The notes: generated by a model not told the origin, from the letters alone. A stretch of DNA of 64,000 nt from an uncultured Candidatus Saccharibacteria bacterium (GCA_964350645.1 CAYGJY010000002.1:246431-310430), one strand, 5' to 3'. Positions 20,148 to 29,012 are shown, counted from the first letter of the stretch. Numbers and translations: made by a program.

Positions 20148-20523
20148 ACTTTCTATTTTTTTTGAGTTAGGTTGAGATATCGGCTCGCACAGAGAAGGGA
20201 GATGACGCTGATGGATCACCATCCGAATCCTGTCCACGTGTTTGTGTACATGGACATGGAGCCCGGAAGAAAATCGGGCAGTCCTGTGAACAGATTGACC
20301 GGAGTAGGCTACTCGATTCGGCGTGCTCATGGAAAAGTTCCACACGCTGTGGCAATCTGTTCTGATCGGTCTACTGTTCGTGAGGTCGCAGAAGGGATGA
20401 TCATGGCTGATGTCAACTCTATTGTTGGCGCTGCCCGTGTGTCTGTGACCTTTCAGCAGGTCCGCTGAAGAAAATCGCCCCGCCCTGGAATGAGCCCGGG
20501 CGGGAGAGGGGAGAGATAGATAG

Positions 20524-20556
20524 TTGCCCACCATTTACCCGGTGGGTTTTGTGTTG
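20524..20556 (+). terminator. Rho-independent terminator ending a + strand transcript downstream of pyrC.
   Basis: 'gcccaccatttacccggtgggttttgtgttgttt' hairpin + U-tract on + strand only. Confidence 0.55.
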
Positions 20557-20563
20557 TTTGGTC

Positions 20564-21298
20564 TTACCAAAGTTGGCTGGCGGCGATCAAGACAGCTACG
20601 GCAAAGCCACCGCGCAGGACGAGTTTTTGAATATTTCCAGACAGTGATCCTGAGCGTTTTAAAATCAGCCCACCACAGTAGCCACCGATGATTGCCCCTG
20701 CCGCCCAGGTGAGGGCGATCGGTAGCGAAAACAAACCGGCATACATCACAACTCCGACCGATAGCGCCGTGAGTACTGTTTCTAAGAAAAGCGCATCAGC
20801 GCGAGTTTTATAAATCGCTTGATCGTCGTTTTGTTTGATCCGCAGCAAGGCAACGATGAGGAGTGATATACCAGCCCCAAAGATTCCGCCGTACGCTCCC
20901 ACTAAAAAAGTAATGGCAACGTACAATGTCGGTGGAACGAATTTTTCAATTGATTTGGCGTATTCGGTGATCAAAAATCCGATCAGGAGAATCGGCAACA
21001 CAAACGCTTGAGACATATGCACAATGCCAAAGGCACCAACCACACTCCCTAGAGCCAGTGGAATGAGTAAAAAGAGGAGGCCGCGGTAATTGATGTCATG
21101 ACGCAGCGGCAGCAGTGACGCCACGTTGCGCACCACACTACCTGGTTTGATGTTGCCAATTAAGGCGCCGAGGGTCATCTCTGGAAAGAGAATTTGAAAA
21201 ACTGGAACTGAGAAAAACATCGTGCCACCAAATACAATGGCACAGATCCCAATTGGAATCGCTGCCAAAAATAAAATGATCAGGGTTGGATCAATCAT
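20564..21298 (-). CDS. Sulfite exporter TauE/SafE family (DUF81) membrane protein.
   Basis: 244 aa, 7-8 TM, glycine-rich repeats typical of TauE/SafE. Confidence 0.7.
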   Translation of the reverse strand: MIDPTLIILFLAAIPIGICAIVFGGTMFFSVPVFQILFPEMTLGALIGNIKPGSVVRNVASLLPLRHDINYRGLLFLLIPLALGSVVGAFGIVHMSQAFVLPILLIGFLITEYAKSIEKFVPPTLYVAITFLVGAYGGIFGAGISLLIVALLRIKQNDDQAIYKTRADALFLETVLTALSVGVVMYAGLFSLPIALTWAAGAIIGGYCGGLILKRSGSLSGNIQKLVLRGGFAVAVLIAASQLW

Positions 21299-21947
21299 GG
21301 AGCAGGTGCTGGTTGTAGCCAGCGGTCACTAAGTATTCCCAAGCTGACGTCACTTCGATTGGAATGTCTTGCTCAATTTGAAAACCTCGTTTTGGGTATT
21401 CTTTGATCCGTTGCAGGTCACCGGCCATTATATTAATAACTGCTTCTCGCCTGATAGGTCCGTCGCAGTATTCATCGAAGTTCAACGGTGGTGAGGTGAG
21501 AGTTTGATTAAGTTCCGGCCAGACAATTTTTCCGGTCGCAAAGGTACGGCGTTCCATGTAGGGCTTTTGTACGATGATGGCAGAATCTATTTTGAAGCTA
21601 GAAGTCTCGGCAATTTTCTTTGAGAAACTAAAGTTTTCGGCAGTGTTATTAGCTTTCTTTTCAAGTACTATTTTTTCTTTTGGAATGCCGGCAGCAATCA
21701 TGATTTCAGCAAATACTTCCGCTTCAGTTTGTCCAGCGTGGGTATCTCGTAGCAAAGCACTATGGTGGTTGGTGCCATCTCCAGAAACAATGACAATTGG
21801 CGCTAGCTTTTTAGGCCAGAGCGTCGCCGCGTACGCGGCGACGCGGGTATCGTTAGAACAAAAAACAAAAAATGCATCTGCTGGCTTCAGCGAATGATGT
21901 AGCTGATGATAGTCCCAAATCAGTTTGATTGCTTCAGCTTCGGTCAT
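21291..21947 (-). CDS. YdcF/ElyC (DUF218) family protein.
   Basis: 'FVFCSNDTRVAAYAATLW...IVIVSGDG' DUF218 core; ORF-track start (22106) overlaps the tRNA, trimmed to ATG at 21947. Confidence 0.6.
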   Translation of the reverse strand: MTEAEAIKLIWDYHQLHHSLKPADAFFVFCSNDTRVAAYAATLWPKKLAPIVIVSGDGTNHHSALLRDTHAGQTEAEVFAEIMIAAGIPKEKIVLEKKANNTAENFSFSKKIAETSSFKIDSAIIVQKPYMERRTFATGKIVWPELNQTLTSPPLNFDEYCDGPIRREAVINIMAGDLQRIKEYPKRGFQIEQDIPIEVTSAWEYLVTAGYNQHLLHD

Positions 21948-22048
21948 GGTTACCTCTATGTTACTTCGAGTACTATTCAGCGATTTTACGTGACGCTTGC
22001 ATAGATTGAGTATAGCGTAAATTCGCGGTACAGTAATACCCAAGCCAA

Positions 22049-22121
22049 CCGCCTGTAGCTCAGTTGGTAGAGCGCGAAGCTTATACCTTCGTGGTCCCAG
22101 GTTCAAGTCCTGGCGGGCGGA
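22049..22121 (+). tRNA. tRNA with anticodon UAU (Ile, AUA-decoding type).
   Basis: Cloverleaf: acceptor CCGCCTG/CGGGCGG (T6:G wobble), D-arm TAGCTCAGTTGGTAGAGC, anticodon stem CGAAG/CTTCG with loop CTTATAC, T-arm CCAGGTTCAAGTCCTGG; Ile-like backbone. Confidence 0.7.
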
Positions 22122-22135
22122 CTAGTTTCAGTAAT

Positions 22136-23341
22136 ATGTTTATCCCAACTAAAACACAAGCAGAAGCAATTCGACAGGAGTTTGGCACACCGGTTTTTGT
22201 GTCTGATGCAGCCACGATTAGAACTAATGCTCAGAACCTGTTAGAAGCATTTGCAGATCTCAATCTAAAAATCTTCTACGCGGTTAAGGCGAACTATAAT
22301 CCGACGGTTGTGAAAACCGTCAAGGAAGCTGGGGTCTATGGTATCGACGCGGTATCAGTAAATGAGATCAAACACGTCATGAAGCTTGGTTACACGGCAG
22401 AACAAATCATCTTCACACCGAGTAATCCATCGACAGAAGAAATGAAGATGGTGGGGGAGTTGGGTGTGTTGCAAAATTTAGGTTCAATTTCTGAGCTCAA
22501 GCGTTTTGGTGAATTATTTCCGGGCGGCAAGGTGTCAGTGCGGATTTGTCCTAAAGTTGGGGCAGGGGAATTTAAGCAGGTAACGACAGGTGGTGAGTCG
22601 TCGAAGTTTGGGGTGTCGTTTGCTGATCTTGATAAAGTGGCCAAGGTTTGTAATGAAGCGAATGTCACAGTGGTAGGAATCCATAGTCATATTGGTTCTG
22701 GCTTTTATGATGCAGTGGCATTTAAATATTCAGTTGAAGCGGTACTCGATGTGGCACGCCGGTTTGGTTCGGTACAACACGTCGACTTCGGCGGCGGTTT
22801 TGGTGTGCAGTATCATATAGACAAACCAGAAATTAACTTGGCAGAATTTGCTGCTGCAATTATGGCACCGGTACAAGCGTATAAGGAAGATACAGGGATT
22901 GATCTTGAGCTTCGGATTGAACCAGGGAAATATTTGGTTTCAAACGCCGTGGCCCTCTTAGCAGAAGTGACAACGGTAAAGCAAAAAGGAGATATTACGT
23001 TTGTTGGACTGAATACAGGTTTTAATCATTTGATTCGACCAGCAATGTATAACGCGTATCACCATATTGTGAATGTAAGCGATCCTGAGGGTACTAGGAA
23101 ATGGGTTGAGGTAGTTGGAAATGTTTGCGAGACGTGCGATGTCTTTAACGGTGGAATTGAAGTGGCAGACCCGAAAGAAGGTGATGTGTTGGCAATCTTA
23201 GTCGCTGGTGGGTATGGGGCAGCAATGAGTAGCAACTATAATATGCAGTCACTGGCCGCTGAGGTGATGATTGATGGTGATGATATGAAACTCACCCGTC
23301 GCCGACAGACATTGGAAGATATCACCGCGCAGTTTATATAA
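22136..23341 (+). CDS. lysA: PLP-dependent decarboxylase of the Orn/DAP/Arg family (likely diaminopimelate decarboxylase).
   Basis: 'FYAVKANYNPTVV' PLP-lysine motif, 'GGGFGV' and C-terminal beta-domain; start trimmed to 22136 (ORF-track start overlaps tRNA). Terminator 23361-23397. Confidence 0.75.
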   Translation: MFIPTKTQAEAIRQEFGTPVFVSDAATIRTNAQNLLEAFADLNLKIFYAVKANYNPTVVKTVKEAGVYGIDAVSVNEIKHVMKLGYTAEQIIFTPSNPSTEEMKMVGELGVLQNLGSISELKRFGELFPGGKVSVRICPKVGAGEFKQVTTGGESSKFGVSFADLDKVAKVCNEANVTVVGIHSHIGSGFYDAVAFKYSVEAVLDVARRFGSVQHVDFGGGFGVQYHIDKPEINLAEFAAAIMAPVQAYKEDTGIDLELRIEPGKYLVSNAVALLAEVTTVKQKGDITFVGLNTGFNHLIRPAMYNAYHHIVNVSDPEGTRKWVEVVGNVCETCDVFNGGIEVADPKEGDVLAILVAGGYGAAMSSNYNMQSLAAEVMIDGDDMKLTRRRQTLEDITAQFI

Positions 23342-23416
23342 AGCAATGTAGTGAAGAGAAAACAGCCGGCTGTCCCGTAGGGACACCCGGCTGTTTTCTA
23401 CGCTATACTTGTATTC

Positions 23417-23923
23417 ATGCTCTCAGCTTTTGTTATTTCTCAGATTCTTGTTGGGTTTGCCTTTGTCGCGGACATTGCGTCATTCCAGTTTAAAGCTCGA
23501 AAGACTACGTTATTGCTATTTGCTTTCTCTGCCGGGGTGCTGTCAGCACATTTCTTTTTACTTGGAGCAACAACTGCCGGCTTTGTTGTGGCCGTTAGTG
23601 CCAGTCGGTTTGTTGTTTCTGCGTTTACCACCGATAAGCGATTAAAGTATTTTTTCCTCGTACTTATTCTGGCCTTAGGTATTTGGACATACGATGGCTA
23701 TGAGGATATTCTCATTACAACCGCAATGCTGTTGTCTACAATCGCTGCCTTCCATGCCAACGAAAGGCGTTTGCGAGAAATTATGATGATCACAACCACT
23801 CTAGTGATTACCCATAATTTTATTATCTTTACTCCCGGAGGAATTTTAGTTGAATCCTTCTTCCTCTCTTCTAACCTTCTCAGCTACTGGCGGTTTTATA
23901 TTCGTAAGCAGCCCGCTCAGTAA
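23417..23923 (+). CDS. YgjV-like inner-membrane protein, tandem paralog 1.
   Basis: Paralogous to 290-805 and 23931-24440 (shared motifs incl. 'LSYWRFYIRK'). Confidence 0.5.
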   Translation: MLSAFVISQILVGFAFVADIASFQFKARKTTLLLFAFSAGVLSAHFFLLGATTAGFVVAVSASRFVVSAFTTDKRLKYFFLVLILALGIWTYDGYEDILITTAMLLSTIAAFHANERRLREIMMITTTLVITHNFIIFTPGGILVESFFLSSNLLSYWRFYIRKQPAQ

Positions 23924-23930
23924 TAGCTAT

Positions 23931-24440
23931 ATGTTTTCTGCCTTTGTTATTTCGCAGCTGGTTGTCGGGATTGCGTTTGTTCTTGGGTTAAGCTCGTTTC
24001 AATTTAAAAACCGTACACATACTCTTTTGCTACTTGGTGTGGCCCAGCTATTAAATGGTCTCCACTTTTTTATTTTGGGAGCTACTACGGCTGGTTTCAT
24101 GCTGTTGTTGTCAGCAGTTCGGCTCGTTACCGGAACATATACAAAAAAACGCTGGGTGATGTTTGGTTTTATTTTTTTAGCAGTTGTAATCGGTATTCTC
24201 ACGTTTGAAAAAATATACGACGTACTGCCTGTAATTGGAGTTATCCTGGGAACCGTTGGCACATTTTGTCGAGATGACAGAAAGATGCGCTCGTTTATGT
24301 TGGGTGGTTCGACTAGTGGTATTGTATTTAACGCACTGATCTTTTCTCCAGTTGGGTTTGTGTTGGAATTATTCTACCTACTTTCAAACCTAACCAGCTA
24401 CTGGCGGTTTTATATTCGAAAAGGTGAGGTAACTAAGTGA
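23931..24440 (+). CDS. YgjV-like inner-membrane protein, tandem paralog 2.
   Basis: Start trimmed to ATG 23931 ('MFSAFVISQLVVG'), ends 'TSYWRFYIRK'. Confidence 0.5.
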   Translation: MFSAFVISQLVVGIAFVLGLSSFQFKNRTHTLLLLGVAQLLNGLHFFILGATTAGFMLLLSAVRLVTGTYTKKRWVMFGFIFLAVVIGILTFEKIYDVLPVIGVILGTVGTFCRDDRKMRSFMLGGSTSGIVFNALIFSPVGFVLELFYLLSNLTSYWRFYIRKGEVTK

Positions 24441-24442
24441 GA

Positions 24443-26611
24443 TTACTCCATATGCAACTGCTCACCAATTTGAGAGACTTTGTGGGCGATGAGGGGGAAG
24501 TCTTGGTTGAGTTTGGGGTGGTTGGTAACTAAGTTCTGTGCTTCGGTGCGGGCGGCTTCAACGAGCTTCAGGTTTTTGATCGCTTCCATGCCGAGGTCAG
24601 ACAGGCCGGACTGCTTGGCGCCATAGAGCTCACCAGAGCCACGAAACTGCAGGTCATGCTCGGCCAGTTCAAAGCCATTCTTGGCAGTGCTGAGCGCTTT
24701 CAGGCGCTCTTTGGTTTTGTCACTCTTGCTTTCCGTCACGGCAAAACAGTAGGGTTGGTGGGTTCCACGAATCACTCGACCACGCAGCTGGTGGAGTTGC
24801 GAGAGACCAAAGCGTTCGGCGCCTTCGATGATGATATTGGTGGCGTTGGGGACGTTTACGCCGACTTCCACTACTGAAGTGGCGACCAAGATATCAATCT
24901 CGTGGTTAGCAAACTGCAACATCACCGCATCTTTCTCGGCTGGTTTCATTTTGCCGTGCAAGACACCAATCTCGTAATCTTGGAAGACATCTTTTTTGAG
25001 ACGTACCGCTTCAGCTTTCACACTCTTGAGCTGAAGGGCAGTGGCTTTATCTGGGTCAGGCTCGTCGATGCGCGGACAAATGACATAGGCTTGTCGGCCG
25101 GCCGCTAGTTCGGAGCGGACATGCTCGTACATCTTTTTTTGCTGACTCGGGCCGACTATTTCAGTCTTCACTGGTTTGCGGCCGGCCGGCATCTCATCGA
25201 GCAGGGTGATATCAAGGTCGCCATAGATGGTGAGCGCTAAGGTGCGAGGAATTGGGGTGGCGGTCATTGAAAGTAAGTGTGGCATTCGAGCATCTTTCTT
25301 CGCTAGCTGCTTGCGTTGGTTGGTACCAAAGCGGTGTTGTTCGTCGATAATGACATAGGCAAGATGTTTAAATTCGACCGACTTATAAATAAGCGCGTGA
25401 GTCCCAATCAAAATCGGGATCTCGCCATTTTTCACCCACTTGAGTAGCTGGGCGCGGGAGATGTTGGTCGGCTTGGTGGGATCGACTTTGCTGGGGAACT
25501 TCTGGCAGCCCGAGCCAGTGATCAGACCAATTGAGATTGGGAGGTGATGAAAGTACTCGATAAAACTCTCGAAGTGTTGTTTGGCGAGGATCTCAGTTGG
25601 CGCCATGTAGGCGACCTGAAGATTACCCCAATCCTTGGCGTTGTCTGGCCGCGAAGTAGCGACAGCATAGGCAGTGGTAGCAGCGACAGCGGTTTTACCT
25701 GAGCCTACGTCACCTTCAAGCAAGCGACTCATGGCGTGATTACCATTGAAGTTTTTGAGGATCTCACCAATTGATTTGTCTTGACTTTTGGTGAGTGTGA
25801 AAGGGAAGCGTTCGGTAAAGGCTTCAACGTGCTCCGACGTGGTCTTAAAGCTGTAGGTACTGGCGGCATTGGCCAGCGCCCGGTTCTGGGCGTTTTGGAC
25901 TTGGATATAAAATACTTCCTCAAAGGCAAAGCGTTTGCGAGCGCTCTCGGCGTGCTCGGCTTTCTTCGGGGAGTGGATCCAGACGAGTGCAGTTTTTAAT
26001 ACGGGCAGTTTGTAGCGTTTCAAAATCTCTGCGGGAATTGGGTCATGAATTGTATCTAATATGCCTTTCTCAAAACACTTTAGTGCTGTGTGGTAAAACC
26101 ACTTACTCGTCACACCCTTAGTTTCACGATAGACCGGATAGATGGTCTCGTCGATCTCGGCGTCCGTGCCTTTAAAGATGGAGTCATGTCGATCAATCGG
26201 CAAAGCGTCGAGCTTCTCGACTTCCGGGTTGGCAATATACAGCTTGCCTTCTGAGCCAGTGACTTTCCCAGCTACTTTCACGTACATCCCGTCGCTATAC
26301 ATCTTGGCCAAGTAGGGTTGGTTAAACCACATGATCTTAATCTTAGCCGAACCATCTTCAATGTAGCCTTCAGCGATTGGGCGCTTGGTGGTCCAGGCTT
26401 TCCGGCTCTTCAAACCCGAGAGCTGACCATAGACGATCGCTTCTTGGTCTTTCTGTAAGCCGCCAACTGACTGCACATCAGAAATATCTTCGTACCGAGC
26501 GGGGAGGTGGTACAGTAAATCTTCCACCGTGGCGATCCGTAAACGCTTCAGTGCTTTCTGGTGCGGCTGGTCGATCCGAAAGTGATCGGTGAGGAGGTCG
26601 TGTGCTTGCAT
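24443..26611 (-). CDS. recG: ATP-dependent DNA helicase RecG.
   Basis: Wedge domain, Walker A 'GDVGSGKT', DEQH box 'IIDEQHRFG', helicase C-terminal motifs; start trimmed to M at 26611. Confidence 0.9.
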   Translation of the reverse strand: MQAHDLLTDHFRIDQPHQKALKRLRIATVEDLLYHLPARYEDISDVQSVGGLQKDQEAIVYGQLSGLKSRKAWTTKRPIAEGYIEDGSAKIKIMWFNQPYLAKMYSDGMYVKVAGKVTGSEGKLYIANPEVEKLDALPIDRHDSIFKGTDAEIDETIYPVYRETKGVTSKWFYHTALKCFEKGILDTIHDPIPAEILKRYKLPVLKTALVWIHSPKKAEHAESARKRFAFEEVFYIQVQNAQNRALANAASTYSFKTTSEHVEAFTERFPFTLTKSQDKSIGEILKNFNGNHAMSRLLEGDVGSGKTAVAATTAYAVATSRPDNAKDWGNLQVAYMAPTEILAKQHFESFIEYFHHLPISIGLITGSGCQKFPSKVDPTKPTNISRAQLLKWVKNGEIPILIGTHALIYKSVEFKHLAYVIIDEQHRFGTNQRKQLAKKDARMPHLLSMTATPIPRTLALTIYGDLDITLLDEMPAGRKPVKTEIVGPSQQKKMYEHVRSELAAGRQAYVICPRIDEPDPDKATALQLKSVKAEAVRLKKDVFQDYEIGVLHGKMKPAEKDAVMLQFANHEIDILVATSVVEVGVNVPNATNIIIEGAERFGLSQLHQLRGRVIRGTHQPYCFAVTESKSDKTKERLKALSTAKNGFELAEHDLQFRGSGELYGAKQSGLSDLGMEAIKNLKLVEAARTEAQNLVTNHPKLNQDFPLIAHKVSQIGEQLHME

Positions 26612-26756
26612 AGCTGCTACATGATAGCAGGAAGTAGCTGAAGAAACAGTAGGGGTGCTCGCTGTCGCTCGCACCCCATCCACCCAAAATTTGACAACCT
26701 AAAGAAACTATTACTATTCAATAAAATCTGCTTGCCAAGGCAAGAGAGAGAGTACT

Positions 26757-27080
26757 TTGGGTGGTACCGGAGGCACCAACGCCGAAGGAAACGCAATTTC
26801 CGGCCGAGGCGCCGGGAGACAAAGGAGAAGACGATGAAGACGCTTATGATGGGCCCCCAGACCGCCGCCGTTCACACCCCGGCCGACATGGGTGGCCGCG
26901 GCACGGGCTTCCCGAAGGTGATGGCGCCGGAAACCGACGGCGCCCGCGATCCCGACCGGCTTGCAGGCGCCGTCGACAAGACCGACGACACCAACGCGTC
27001 GGCGGTCTGACATCAAGTTCGCCGCCGGCTTCGGCTGGCATCGTTGCAACCAGGGGGGGGTGGCGCAGCCACCCCCAACC
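26757..27080. other. ~68% GC island in a ~45% GC context; contains a 58-aa high-GC3 ORF and GC hairpins.
   Basis: Abrupt compositional shift; ORFs open in nearly all six frames (a hallmark of high-GC DNA); hairpin gggggtggc-gca-gccaccccc at 27056-27076. Confidence 0.7.
26834..27010 (+). CDS. Small high-GC ORF (58 aa: MKTLMMGPQTAAVHTPADMGGRGTGFPKVMAPETDGARDPDRLAGAVDKTDDTNASAV).
   Basis: AGGAGA SD 5 nt upstream of ATG; ~90% G/C at codon third positions, coherent with a coding sequence from a high-GC organism; followed by GC hairpins. Confidence 0.3.
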   Translation: MKTLMMGPQTAAVHTPADMGGRGTGFPKVMAPETDGARDPDRLAGAVDKTDDTNASAV

Positions 27081-27297
27081 AACCTTGAATAGTTTGCACC
27101 TACCCATTTTGGGAAGAAAGGTGACCAGACTATCAAGGTTGCTTTTCGTTTTACTGACCAGGTATTTTTGTCCAACTAGCAAGGCATGTCCCGCTCTTAC
27201 TTTTGTGCGACTGTGTTTAACAGTACAAAAGTAAGGGGAGGCATTGCTTTTCGTTTAGAGAAGAGAATTTTTATAGTAGATAGTAGAGGGGATGATG

Positions 27298-27339
27298 GGC
27301 AGCTGGCCGGCAAAAGCAATCGCTTTTGCCGGCCAGCTG
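27298..27339. promoter_or_regulatory. Perfect 19-bp inverted repeat (gcagctggccggcaaaagc-aatc-gcttttgccggccagctgc) upstream of the malic enzyme gene.
   Basis: Read directly; 19/19 complementary arms with a 4-nt spacer. Confidence 0.6.
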
Positions 27340-27366
27340 CGTAGTGTGTATACTAGTCACTTACCT

Positions 27367-28515
27367 ATGCCAAAGAAAAAACCAGACTACAATCAGCTTG
27401 CGCTGAAGCTGCACAAAAAACTAAAAGGCAAAGTGGCGCTGCAGGTAAAGGGGTCACTAAAAACCACGACCGACTGGAGCATCATGTACACCCCTGGAGT
27501 AGCGGCAGTATCTTCATATTTGGCCAAGAAGCCACAGGACGCTCGACAGTACACCAGCAAAGGCAATACAGTCGCCGTCGTCTCTGACGGCTCAGCGGTC
27601 TTAGGACTCGGCAATATCGGCCCACTCGGTGCCTTGCCAGTGATGGAAGGGAAAGCGGCAATTTTTAAGTCGATGGCTGACGTCGACGCCTGGCCGCTCG
27701 TTTTAGGCACGCAAGACACCGAAGAGATCATTAAGACCGTGAAAGCGATCGCTCCCGGTTTTGGTGGGATCAACCTTGAGGATATCAGCGCGCCGCGCTG
27801 CTTCGAGATTGAAGAACGACTTAAAAAAGATTTAGCTATTCCGGTATTTCATGATGACCAGCACGGCACGGCGATTGTAGTCCTAGCTGGTTTGATCAAT
27901 GCGGCTAAGGTAGTAAAGAAAAAGCTAGAGACGTTGCGAGTCGTCGTGGTAGGCGCTGGCGCTGCTGGACGAGCGATTACGCTGATCCTCTTGCAAGCCG
28001 GTATTACCGATGTGGTCGTGACTGATAGCACGGGCGTGCTTCATACTGGTCGTGCGAATACTTCAGGTTATAAAAAAGATTTAGCTAAAGCGACCAACCC
28101 GCGTGGTGTGACCGGGGAAGTGCTCGACGCTGTGACTGGTGCTGATGTGATTGTTGGGGTATCAGGCCCAGGTACAATCTCACGGCATCATGTTGAGCAA
28201 ATGAATAAGGACGCAATCGTGTTTGCACTGGCAAATCCAATCCCTGAGATTAAACCAGAAGATGCGAAGGTCGCGGGCGCCGCGGTCATTGCGACTGGCC
28301 GGAGTGATTATCCGAATCAGGTCAACAACTCACTCGTGTTCCCGGGAATTTTCCGCGGTGCTCTCGATAAAGGCGTGCGGGACATTACCGATGATATGAA
28401 ATTGGCTGCTGCCAAGAAACTAGCTGCGCTGGTAAAAAATCCAACCGCCGGTGAGGTGATCCCGCACATCAGTACAAAAAACTTGGTACAAACGATTGCG
28501 AGTGCAATTAGATAA
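27367..28515 (+). CDS. NAD(P)-dependent malic enzyme (short form).
   Basis: Malic-enzyme N-terminal domain and Rossmann 'VVVGAGAAGRAI'; start trimmed to 'MPKKKPDYNQLALK' at 27367. Confidence 0.85.
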   Translation: MPKKKPDYNQLALKLHKKLKGKVALQVKGSLKTTTDWSIMYTPGVAAVSSYLAKKPQDARQYTSKGNTVAVVSDGSAVLGLGNIGPLGALPVMEGKAAIFKSMADVDAWPLVLGTQDTEEIIKTVKAIAPGFGGINLEDISAPRCFEIEERLKKDLAIPVFHDDQHGTAIVVLAGLINAAKVVKKKLETLRVVVVGAGAAGRAITLILLQAGITDVVVTDSTGVLHTGRANTSGYKKDLAKATNPRGVTGEVLDAVTGADVIVGVSGPGTISRHHVEQMNKDAIVFALANPIPEIKPEDAKVAGAAVIATGRSDYPNQVNNSLVFPGIFRGALDKGVRDITDDMKLAAAKKLAALVKNPTAGEVIPHISTKNLVQTIASAIR

Positions 28516-28529
28516 TACTATTAAATATT

Positions 28530-29012
28530 ATGGAAGAAATTAACATTCCAGAAAAAACTAGTCCTATTGCACTGGATCTATATCTTGAAACTATCTCAAA
28601 GTTTGATGAAATTAACGGGGAACTCCCACAGACTGAGCTGCACGGATTTTACTTGTGGCACGCTGTCACCGACCCAGATTTTAAGGTGGAGGGTTTTTCT
28701 ATGCTCGACACCTATCGCCATAATGTACTCGAGGGCGAGATGTCAGAGGAACGGTTTAGAGAGTGGTGTGATGACTTTAATTTGCCGTACCCTTTGTTGC
28801 CAAAGGTTAATGTCTTAACTGGAGAAGGAAAAGAATACAGCACGTGGTATCAATCTGAAACAGAGAAGCGTATTGATGCGTATGAAGCGTGGGCTGAGGA
28901 ACAAGGGATTAATACTCGCCCGGGAACAGTAATGATTTTTATAGATGCAGAAGGTAATTCGTATCGTGTAAAAACTGATGCAGACAGTCGCGGTGAGATT
29001 ATTGTAGCGTAA
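28530..29012 (+). CDS. Hypothetical protein (160 aa).
   Basis: Intact ORF; convergent with next gene; two hairpins 29022-29060 and 29092-29113 between them. Confidence 0.45.
   Translation: MEEINIPEKTSPIALDLYLETISKFDEINGELPQTELHGFYLWHAVTDPDFKVEGFSMLDTYRHNVLEGEMSEERFREWCDDFNLPYPLLPKVNVLTGEGKEYSTWYQSETEKRIDAYEAWAEEQGINTRPGTVMIFIDAEGNSYRVKTDADSRGEIIVA

Noticed and set aside
20172-20468. 98-aa plus-strand ORF in the post-pyrC spacer.
   Set aside because: No RBS, overlapping ORFs in other frames, composition unlike neighbouring CDS; region treated as candidate non-coding RNA instead.
22064-22135. N-terminal extensions of ORF-track calls (also 21948-22106, 23850-23930, 27292-27366, 59580-59615, 61615-61665, 58759-58791, 8999-9055, 1234-1323).
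   Set aside because: Extensions overlap tRNA genes, terminators or upstream genes, or precede a better-supported ATG with SD/homology-consistent N-terminus; trimmed.
26757-27080. Possibility that the GC island is RNase P RNA or SRP RNA.
   Set aside because: Conserved P4 (GGAAAGUCCGGGCUCC / ACAGAACCCGGCUUA) and SRP domain IV motifs not found on either strand by eye; needs an Infernal scan to be definitive.
26714-27234. Multiple 90-157 aa ORFs on both strands in the GC-rich island.
   Set aside because: Arg/Pro-rich low-complexity translations typical of random frames in high-GC DNA; only the 58-aa frame with an SD and coherent GC3 was retained, at low confidence.
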